Assembly: GCA_041665585.1 (NCBI GenBank)
Contig: JBAYIN010000002.1
Coordinates: forward strand, 34,869 to 98,868
Origin: Patescibacteria group bacterium
Lineage (GTDB): Bacteria; Patescibacteriota; Gracilibacteria; JAHISY01
Direction: 5' to 3'
DNA: 64,000 nt
Under the pieces are notes generated by a model. It did no database searches and had not been told where the DNA came from. It saw only the letters and a program-made list of their open reading frames with translations. Positions 52,290-59,436 of this stretch are shown in pieces. Position 1 is the stretch's first letter. Each line of letters opens with the position of its first letter. The translations under genes and the position numbers were made by a program.

Positions 52290-52379
52290 ATGACTAAAAC
52301 TTTTGGTCCTGGCTGCGGATGCGGCGGTTGCTCGTTCGGTCCTGGCTGCGGTGGAAACTGCGGTAGCTGCGGAAAATAA
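52290..52379 (+). CDS. candidate 29-aa Cys/Gly-rich peptide
   Basis: MTKTFGPGCGCGGCSFGPGCGGNCGSCGK has 6 Cys and 11 Gly, with an internal FGPGCG duplication. It starts 48 nt after the 722-aa gene, and its stop abuts the ispE stop. It is too short for the ORF track. Confidence 0.35.
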   Translation: MTKTFGPGCGCGGCSFGPGCGGNCGSCGK

Positions 52380-53324
52380 TCACTCGCGAATTTTCGCGAC
52401 GAAAACCGATCCGAATTGGCTGAGCTCTTGAATAATTTCTCGACTCGGTCTCTTTCGGAATAAGCCGAAGACTGCCGAGCCACTCCCCGACAGACTCGCG
52501 ATCGCTGAGCCCGATTTTTCGAGCTGTTTTTTGATTTGCCGAATTTCAGAAAACTCGCGAAAGACGATCCTCTCAAAATCATTAGTTAGGGTGCAGGGAT
52601 TAGGTTTTAGGGAATAGGTTTTGGAAACAAGATTTTTTTGTTTGATCTCTGTCCCCTGACCTCTAGTATCTATTTTTTTATTATTATTTTTCAATTTTAA
52701 TTTTTCAATTTTAATTTGGTCGTACGCCCATGCGGTCGAAATCTTAATCGGCGGAACCACGACCAAAGCTTCGCGTGGAAATTGCTTCGGCAGCGCAATC
52801 GGCTCGAGCAGCTCTCCCCGACCGCGACCACGACAAACTCGTTTCGCGAGGAAAAATGGAACATCCGAACCGAGACTCGCCGCGATTTTGTGCAGTTTTT
52901 CAGGAGTAATTTTAAGCCCCCAAATTTTTGGCAAAGTTCTCAAAACAGCCGCAGCATCCGAGCTCCCACCGCCGAGTCCGGCTCCGAGCGGAATTTTTTT
53001 GCGGAGCGAAATCTCAACACCCGGACTCCCCGGCGCAAATTTTTGCAAAATCCATGCTGCCCGAAAAACAAGATTCTGTTTTGTCGGAATGTCTGCATTT
53101 TCGACATTCACCAAAATTTTCGAATCACTGCGCAGACGAAATTCCAGCTCGTCGAAAACTCCAATCCGCGCAAAAATCGTATCGAGCTCGTGAAAACCAT
53201 CCGCGCGCTTGCCGAGAATTTTGAGTCCGAGATTGATTTTTGCGAAGGCTTTTACTCGTAAGGCGTTAACCCCCGAGTTAACTCGGGGGTTAACTCGCTC
53301 GCTGTTTTTTTTGATTGGAATCAT
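52380..53324 (-). CDS. ispE: 4-diphosphocytidyl-2-C-methyl-D-erythritol kinase
   Basis: AKINLGLKILGKRADGFHEL, PLGAGLGGGSSDAAA, SGSGSAVFGLF. Carries a low-complexity insertion and an N-terminal palindrome-encoded extension. Confidence 0.88.
   Translation of the reverse strand: MIPIKKNSERVNPRVNSGVNALRVKAFAKINLGLKILGKRADGFHELDTIFARIGVFDELEFRLRSDSKILVNVENADIPTKQNLVFRAAWILQKFAPGSPGVEISLRKKIPLGAGLGGGSSDAAAVLRTLPKIWGLKITPEKLHKIAASLGSDVPFFLAKRVCRGRGRGELLEPIALPKQFPREALVVVPPIKISTAWAYDQIKIEKLKLKNNNKKIDTRGQGTEIKQKNLVSKTYSLKPNPCTLTNDFERIVFREFSEIRQIKKQLEKSGSAIASLSGSGSAVFGLFRKRPSREIIQELSQFGSVFVAKIRE
53265..53294. repeat. 30-bp perfect GTTAAC palindrome, in frame at the ispE N-terminus
   Basis: GTTAACCCCCGAGTTAACTCGGGGGTTAAC, translated as VNPRVNSGVN. 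Confidence 0.9.
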
Positions 53325-54445
53325 TTTTTCAGCAAAATTACCGCAAAAACCTGCAACCCCTCACCGCGTCCGAAGCTCGTCAACTCCTCACCCGTCGTCG
53401 CGACCAGTCCGATTTTGGCGGAATCAGTTTTCAAAAGTTCCGCTAATTTTTTCCGAATTTTGGGAAAGTGTTTTTCGAGCTTCGGTCTCTTGCCTTCGAT
53501 CGAGATTGCCAGATTCTCGATGACAAAATCCTGCGCGCGCATTTTGGCGAGCACGACCTGCAAATATTTTTGCGAATTCTTCTCGCCGCGCGCACACATC
53601 GCGTCGGAGAAAGTCGAGAGCGAACCGCCGCCGAGCGCGGAGGAAATCGCATTCGTCAGCGCGTGCAAAATCACATCGCTGTCAGAATTACCTTCCAGTC
53701 CGCCAGCCGCTGAAATCTGCAAACCGCCTAAAAACAGAGCTTTCCTTACTCCAGAGAAACGGTGTGAATCATGACCGAGTCCGATGCGTCTGGAACATGG
53801 AGCATGGGAGATGGAACATTTTTCTAAATCAACTGGATGTGTGATTTTGAAATTTCCCGGATCCGCTGGAATGATTTTGATTTTTGCGCCAGCGAGCTCA
53901 GCAAGCTGAATTTCATCAGTGGCTTCAATTTTTTGCGAACGCGCAATCCGCAAGCCCTTTGCCAAAAATTCTTTTTTCACCAGCTGCGGCGTCTCCATCA
54001 GCCAAATTTTTTCACGATCAAGCGTGGTCAAATTTTGGCGCACAGTAGAAGTCGCACGGTGCGCGACCGCCGCCGCATCGTATTTCTCGAGCGTTTTCGC
54101 GAGACGCGTAATTTCATCCGGCGTCGCGAAAGGATTCGCCGCGTTGTGAACCAACACGGTTTTTTCAGCACAAAACTTCAGACCAATCGCCAAGCTCTCC
54201 TGCCGCGAGTCACCACCCGCCACAATTTTGGAAACTTTTTGGCAATCCACCACCAGCTTTTTCGCTCGCGCAATTTCAGACTGCGGCACGACCAAAATCG
54301 TCTCGGTAATCTCGGGCGATTTTTCGAACAGCTCGATCGAACTCAGAAAAATTTCTTTACCTTCGATTTTCACGAACGCTTTGGGAGTGCTTTTTTTCAA
54401 GCGTTTCCCGCTGCCGGCTGCGAGCAAAATCGCGGAAATTTTCAT
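53321..54445 (-). CDS. ispDF: bifunctional MEP cytidylyltransferase / MEcPP synthase
   Basis: N-terminus AILLAAGSGKRL (IspD). C-terminal half RIGLGHDSHRF...DSDVILHA (IspF). Overlaps both dxr and ispE. Confidence 0.92.
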   Translation of the reverse strand: MKISAILLAAGSGKRLKKSTPKAFVKIEGKEIFLSSIELFEKSPEITETILVVPQSEIARAKKLVVDCQKVSKIVAGGDSRQESLAIGLKFCAEKTVLVHNAANPFATPDEITRLAKTLEKYDAAAVAHRATSTVRQNLTTLDREKIWLMETPQLVKKEFLAKGLRIARSQKIEATDEIQLAELAGAKIKIIPADPGNFKITHPVDLEKCSISHAPCSRRIGLGHDSHRFSGVRKALFLGGLQISAAGGLEGNSDSDVILHALTNAISSALGGGSLSTFSDAMCARGEKNSQKYLQVVLAKMRAQDFVIENLAISIEGKRPKLEKHFPKIRKKLAELLKTDSAKIGLVATTGEELTSFGRGEGLQVFAVILLKK

Positions 54446-55566
54446 CGGAAAGAATTTACGACGGCGAGAATATTTTTGATTGTCGGCGCACTCGTTAACT
54501 GGTGGGTTAACTCCAGTTCGCGCAAACTCTTCGCGGTCAATTTGGCAATCTCCGGAAAAGCGATTTCGCCCGCGAGAAATTTTTGACCCCAGAATTCTGA
54601 AATCGCCGCAGCTGCCGCTGGAAAAATTCCACCCTTCTCTGCTGCCGCGAGAATCGTGAAAAAAAGCGGATAGCGCGCCTTTTCGATTTTGCGGAATTCG
54701 AGATTTCGACCGACGAGATCAAGCGGCGCGACGGAATCGTCCTGGCGCACACCGTCAAAAAGCGCGAGCGAGATGGGCAATTTCATCGACGGCTGCGACA
54801 TTTGCGCGAAGAGATTGCCATCGACCGTCTCGACCATCGCGTGAACGAAACTTTGGGGATGAATCACCGCCTCAATTTTCTCGAGCGGAAAATCGAACAA
54901 GTGCGCCGCCTCGATGATCTCAAAAGCCTTGTTTGCCAGCGTCGCACAATCCAAAGTGATTTTCGCACCCATCGCCCAAGTCGGATGGCGCAAAACTTTT
55001 TGCGGTGAAATTTTGGGAAATTCACTGAGCGGTGTATCGCGCAACGCGCCACCCGAAGCCGTGAGAATGATGCGCCGCACCTTGTCACGCGGGACTTTTT
55101 GCAAAAGCTGCCAGACTGCGGAATGCTCGGAATCGACTGGCAGAATTTTGACACCAAATTTTTTTGCCTGCGCAATCACGATTTTCCCCGCCAAAACGAG
55201 ACTTTCCTTATTCGCCAGCGCGACGGAATTGCGCGCGCGAATCGCCGCGAGCGTCGGCGACAGACCCGCCACGCCGGAAATTGCCGACACGACGAGGTCG
55301 CATTTTTGCGCGGCTAATTTTTCAAGTGGAAGAATCTTCACTTTGCTGTACTCAGTAGTTAAACCCCGAGATATCTCGGGAGTTAACGGTAGCTCAATCG
55401 AGATAAATTTCGGCTGAAATTCACGAATCTGCTCTGCAAGCAGCTCGAAATTTTGCCCACCCGCCAAACCGATAATTTTGAATTCGCGCGGAAATTCGCG
55501 GACAATTTCGAGCGTCTGTCGTCCGATTGAACCAGTCGATCCGAGAATGATTAGATTTTTACGCAC
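54442..55566 (-). CDS. dxr: 1-deoxy-D-xylulose-5-phosphate reductoisomerase
   Basis: ILGSTGSIGRQTL, LANKESLV, DSEHSA, NKAFE motifs. GTG start. Confidence 0.92.
   Translation of the reverse strand: MRKNLIILGSTGSIGRQTLEIVREFPREFKIIGLAGGQNFELLAEQIREFQPKFISIELPLTPEISRGLTTEYSKVKILPLEKLAAQKCDLVVSAISGVAGLSPTLAAIRARNSVALANKESLVLAGKIVIAQAKKFGVKILPVDSEHSAVWQLLQKVPRDKVRRIILTASGGALRDTPLSEFPKISPQKVLRHPTWAMGAKITLDCATLANKAFEIIEAAHLFDFPLEKIEAVIHPQSFVHAMVETVDGNLFAQMSQPSMKLPISLALFDGVRQDDSVAPLDLVGRNLEFRKIEKARYPLFFTILAAAEKGGIFPAAAAAISEFWGQKFLAGEIAFPEIAKLTAKSLRELELTHQLTSAPTIKNILAVVNSFR
54494..54518. repeat. degenerate GTTAAC-type palindromic element inside the dxr 3' end
   Basis: GTTAACTGGTGGGTTAACTCCAGTT with stem AACTGG/CCAGTT, translated within ELTHQLTS. 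Confidence 0.55.
55358..55387. repeat. 30-bp GTTAAC-type palindromic element, in frame inside the dxr 5' region
   Basis: GTTAAACCCCGAGATATCTCGGGAGTTAAC, translated as LTPEISRGLT. Confidence 0.85.
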
Positions 55567-55588
55567 CAGTGGATTTTAACTGAAAAGC

Positions 55589-55616
55589 TTGTCTTTCGGT
55601 GCAAAATTGTTAAAAT
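55589..55616 (+). promoter_or_regulatory. sigma70-like promoter, probably producing a leaderless mRNA
   Basis: TTGTCT, 16 nt, TAAAAT. The -10 box ends 7 nt before the 55624 ATG. Confidence 0.45.
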
Positions 55617-55623
55617 CTCGCCA

Positions 55624-56133
55624 ATGAACGACGAAAATTCACAGAATTCGAATCCATCCGCCGATGCGGGCGCGACACCGCCACAGGATGACGCTGCTGC
55701 GCAGGTGAAATCAGCTTCGCCACTCCAATCCGAGGACGAACTCTCGGAGGATCAATTCATCACGGGCGGCGACGACCACAGCTTCATCACAGGCGTACCA
55801 GTGCCCGCGCATCCGAGCACGCAATTCGACGAAAAGAAATTTCTCGAGCTTTTGGCGAAATCAATTTCCCTCACCAAAACTGAAAAACAGCGCATTATCG
55901 CGAGCATTCCGAAGCTCAGCCAATATCAGATTGACGAGTTGATGCGCATTTTCGAAGAAGAACAGCGCAAATTTTCTGAACTGAATAAGAAACACGAAGA
56001 CCAGCTCAAGGCAATCGAGGATAAACACAAAAACGATTGGAACGACATCGAGCTGCAAGCCAAGCAAGACGAAAAGAAGAAAAAGGACGAAGATGAAGCC
56101 GACGCGCTCCGCCGCAAAATGGGATTGAATTGA
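55624..56133 (+). CDS. orphan acidic coiled-coil protein
   Basis: 169 aa with a disordered acidic N-terminus and a charged helical C-terminus. Confidence 0.55.
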   Translation: MNDENSQNSNPSADAGATPPQDDAAAQVKSASPLQSEDELSEDQFITGGDDHSFITGVPVPAHPSTQFDEKKFLELLAKSISLTKTEKQRIIASIPKLSQYQIDELMRIFEEEQRKFSELNKKHEDQLKAIEDKHKNDWNDIELQAKQDEKKKKDEDEADALRRKMGLN

Positions 56134-56428
56134 TTTAAACGCGAATCTCGAAATTGTTTTGAGACTTGAGCTGCGTAGAGTTTTTGAATATTTTCAAGGT
56201 TCTGGAGGTAATTTTTAATTCTTAATTTTGTAATTTTTAAAAATTTGCAGACTCCCGCAAGTTCAAGTTTATAAATGAACCGTTCATTTTTCTGCTAGCT
56301 CAAATGTGTGGTTCGAATTATAAATTCAAACCAGCACAAGTCTTCCTTCTCTTCTAATCGGGGCATTCATGCCCCGATCCACGGCATGAATGCCGTGGTT
56401 AAAATTTGTAAACTACCGCAAGCTCAAG

Positions 56429-56532
56429 AAATGACTGACCCAATGACCCTCCGAACCTAATGACTCAAAGACTTAAGAACTCAACAACTCAATGACTTAA
56501 CGACCCTCCGAACCTAATGGCTCAAAGACTTG
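56429..56532. repeat. stop-rich ATGACTCAA / GACCCTCCGAACCTAATG repeat block, copy 2 (internally duplicated)
   Basis: GACCCTCCGAACCTAATG(A/G)CTCAAAGACTT occurs twice, 57 bp apart. The second copy overlaps the last codons of the zinc-ribbon gene. Confidence 0.8.
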
Positions 56533-56995
56533 TTGTCTCAACTTTCTTTTGAGTCGATTTTTTCGCACCGCAGTAAGGACAGACTGACCAGCTTTTGGAA
56601 ACAAGTTTGTGGCATTTTTTGCAAGGACGGCGCGCCTCCTCACCGCAGCTCGGACAAAATTGGAAATTAAGCGGTAGCAATCGATCACACTTCGGACAAG
56701 TCTCCTCGCTTTCGGTGAGCACGCGCTGTTCGAGCGTCTCATGGTATTTGTCGACGAGTGTTTTTTGCGGACGCACGATTAGGTAAATCAGCAGTCCGGG
56801 TAGATTGAGCGTGATTACAAGTAAGATTGAAAACACCTGAAAAAGCAGACTCTTGCTGCGAGCAACCGCATCGCGTGCGACCCAAATCACAATCGCGACC
56901 AGCACGACAAAAAGATACGCGAAGACGCCACGCAGGCTGACTTCGAGCCAATTCGAAGGATCAAAATTGGTGAGATAGTCGAGTGCGGCGTTCAT
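56522..56995 (-). CDS. membrane protein with a C-terminal double zinc ribbon
   Basis: Two TM helices, then CPKCDR...CPSCG...CKKCH...CPYCG. Confidence 0.6.
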   Translation of the reverse strand: MNAALDYLTNFDPSNWLEVSLRGVFAYLFVVLVAIVIWVARDAVARSKSLLFQVFSILLVITLNLPGLLIYLIVRPQKTLVDKYHETLEQRVLTESEETCPKCDRLLPLNFQFCPSCGEEARRPCKKCHKLVSKSWSVCPYCGAKKSTQKKVETTSL

Positions 56996-57786
56996 AAATC
57001 AGGAGTTTTAATGTGTAATTCGCCGCGCCGTTCTTCACGCGCCGCGATCTTCATCCGCAGTGTGATGCCGGCGGCGATGAGTGCCAACACGAGCGTGAAG
57101 TACTGACTCGCCCGCAGCACACCAAAGGTCGGCGCCGAATCACCGCGCAGGAAATCCAAACAGAAGTACATAATCGAAAGTGTGAGCAGCAAGAATGTCC
57201 CGGCTTTACCGGCGCGCGCTGTTGTTTTGAAAATAAATGAAGCTGCGGCAAAAAGTCCGAGCATGATGACTGCCGCGTAAAGCTGAACTGGGTGGAGCGG
57301 AATGGTCGAATAACCCACTGCGTCTGGATTGGTGAAAGTGACACCCCACGGCAACGCCGTCGGAATACCGTATTCGCTCCCTACGAAGAATGTACCGATG
57401 TGGTGAAAAAAAAGCACCGGCGCGACAGCCAGCATGATGAGATCGAGCCAAGTGAAAAAGTTTTCATTGTAACGGCGTGCCAGCAAAGCCAGCATGCCGA
57501 GCAACCCCAGCGCCGCGCCGAAGAAACTCAGACCAGCCGTGTTGCCCCAAGCAAACGGAAAATCAAGTAAGGAAAAATTGCGGAGCAGAACCTCGGCAAG
57601 TCGGGCAAAAAACAGCGTCACGAGCAGCAGCCAGAGAAAATTATCCGCAAGAAATTGAAGCATCACGCGCTTGCGTCGCGCTGCCAGAAAAAGCTCGCCC
57701 GCACCCAGTAAAATCCCAATCACAAGCGCAATGTTGTAAACCGGAAAGTAGATTCCCGCTAATTCAAAAAATGGCCACATCGCCAC
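56992..57786 (-). CDS. lgt: prolipoprotein diacylglyceryl transferase-like protein
   Basis: 264 aa, polytopic. HHIGTFFVGSEYGIPTALPWGVTF resembles the Lgt GR.GNF.NGE.YG.PT.LPWGV.F signature. Confidence 0.6.
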   Translation of the reverse strand: MAMWPFFELAGIYFPVYNIALVIGILLGAGELFLAARRKRVMLQFLADNFLWLLLVTLFFARLAEVLLRNFSLLDFPFAWGNTAGLSFFGAALGLLGMLALLARRYNENFFTWLDLIMLAVAPVLFFHHIGTFFVGSEYGIPTALPWGVTFTNPDAVGYSTIPLHPVQLYAAVIMLGLFAAASFIFKTTARAGKAGTFLLLTLSIMYFCLDFLRGDSAPTFGVLRASQYFTLVLALIAAGITLRMKIAAREERRGELHIKTPDL

Positions 57787-57812
57787 GAATTTTACGCCGA
57801 AGACCGCAAATT

Positions 57813-59036
57813 TTAAAGTAAATTCAGTCCAGCAAAAACAATCACCAAGCTACCAACCAAGAATAACAGAGCAGTGTGCCAAAAGCACCAACTTGTGAAT
57901 TTTTCACGCAAGAAAATCAAAATTCGCAGAAAAATAAATGTGCCAGCCAAAAAGTGGATTGTTAAATTATCGCGCAGTGTTAATTCAGCCAAAACCGAAA
58001 TGCGTGGAATTTGCACATAAAATGAGATTGTACCAAATACGAGATAACCCAAAAAAACCGCTGCCAATAAATCAACAATCTCTGAAAATCCAATCCAAAA
58101 TCGATTGAATCTTGCCCGTCGTTTCAGGACCTTAATACTTTCAATCCGCCCGATATCCTTCTGCTCTCGCGGCGGAAACAAAAATTTCCACATATCGCGC
58201 CAGCCATCCAAGCGAGTTTTGCCTTCCGAAGGCACGATAATTTCAGTAATGTGGAAATAAAACTTGCCAAATTTTTTAGAAAAATCCGGAGCAAAATTAC
58301 TAAAACCATCTTTAAGTTTTTGCCATTGCTCGCTTAAGTCCACATCTTCCTTGGGCGGATCTCCGCCTTGCAGTAAAGCATAAATTTCGTCTCCAGACGG
58401 AGGCAGGTCGGAGCTGACTGCAGCTTGGGTGACAGCCGACGGCATCGCATTCGGATCAGGAAAATCAGCTTCTGATTTTTTCGTGAGGTCTTCCTCATCA
58501 GCGTTGGAATATTTGGCGGCATTTTCGATTGCGCTGGTAGACTTTTTCTTGTCACCGAAATTTAAAGTAACCAGGCTTTTAAAACTACCAGTGAGCGTGC
58601 GCTTCTCGAGATCGATTTGACGCTCGGCCTCTTTTATTTTTTTCTCTGCCAGCTCTCGCGCGCTATTTTTCAGCGCGTAAGCCTTTTCATCCTCGGAAGC
58701 GTCAGCGGCAAAAATATAGTTAACTCTCTTGAAACTAAACTCATCTTCAAGCCGCTCGAAAACCACCTCTGCGCTTTCTTCAAACATCTCTCCGGCAAAT
58801 TCTTGACCATTAATTTCAGTCACAGAAAATACAAACGACTTCGGACAATCTATCGGCCGACTAACATCCAACGACAAAATTGCCATCCCGACTTTATTAA
58901 TCCGCTCACGCGCATCCTTTTCGTTTTCTGCCTCAAAGCTAGCAACAAGCTTTTTCTTGGCGGAATTCGAAACGGCTGTGAAATAAAATTTGGTCAATGT
59001 TTTGGTTTTTGGTTTTGAATCGTCCCATTTTAACAC
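57813..59036 (-). CDS. orphan membrane protein (407 aa)
   Basis: Soluble N-terminal two-thirds and 3-4 C-terminal TM helices. No family assigned. Confidence 0.55.
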   Translation of the reverse strand: MLKWDDSKPKTKTLTKFYFTAVSNSAKKKLVASFEAENEKDARERINKVGMAILSLDVSRPIDCPKSFVFSVTEINGQEFAGEMFEESAEVVFERLEDEFSFKRVNYIFAADASEDEKAYALKNSARELAEKKIKEAERQIDLEKRTLTGSFKSLVTLNFGDKKKSTSAIENAAKYSNADEEDLTKKSEADFPDPNAMPSAVTQAAVSSDLPPSGDEIYALLQGGDPPKEDVDLSEQWQKLKDGFSNFAPDFSKKFGKFYFHITEIIVPSEGKTRLDGWRDMWKFLFPPREQKDIGRIESIKVLKRRARFNRFWIGFSEIVDLLAAVFLGYLVFGTISFYVQIPRISVLAELTLRDNLTIHFLAGTFIFLRILIFLREKFTSWCFWHTALLFLVGSLVIVFAGLNLL

Positions 59037-59037
59037 A

Positions 59038-59436
59038 TCAGAGCTTGATTCTCAAGTCGAGAAGTGCCCGCCGAAAACTCTCGAGCGCCTTGCGAAATTC
59101 AAATTCGGACGGCGTGAAATTAAGCTCGTGGGCGAATTTGTTGCGCATCTTGTGCGCGAACCACACGCCATTTTTGTCGGCGAAAAGCCGCTCCGCCTGT
59201 TTGAGCTTCTCGCCAAGCGGACCACGAAAGCCGTATTTTCCAAGCACGAAGTCGAGTAATTTGTCCGCTTCGAGAATATCGTTTTTGGGATTTTTTCCGA
59301 GACCAATCATGCGCCACTGATTGCGAACGAAAGCCATCTCACCTTCACTCAGTTTTTTGGGGCGGCGGTAAATGCTGAGCACAAAAAAAATCGCGAACAC
59401 GGCGACAGCGATACTAAGCAGAAAGGTTGGGTTCAT
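59038..59436 (-). CDS. orphan N-terminally anchored protein (132 aa)
   Basis: TM helix LLSIAVAVFAIFFVLSIY. Its start overlaps the purD stop (ATGA). Confidence 0.5.
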   Translation of the reverse strand: MNPTFLLSIAVAVFAIFFVLSIYRRPKKLSEGEMAFVRNQWRMIGLGKNPKNDILEADKLLDFVLGKYGFRGPLGEKLKQAERLFADKNGVWFAHKMRNKFAHELNFTPSEFEFRKALESFRRALLDLRIKL

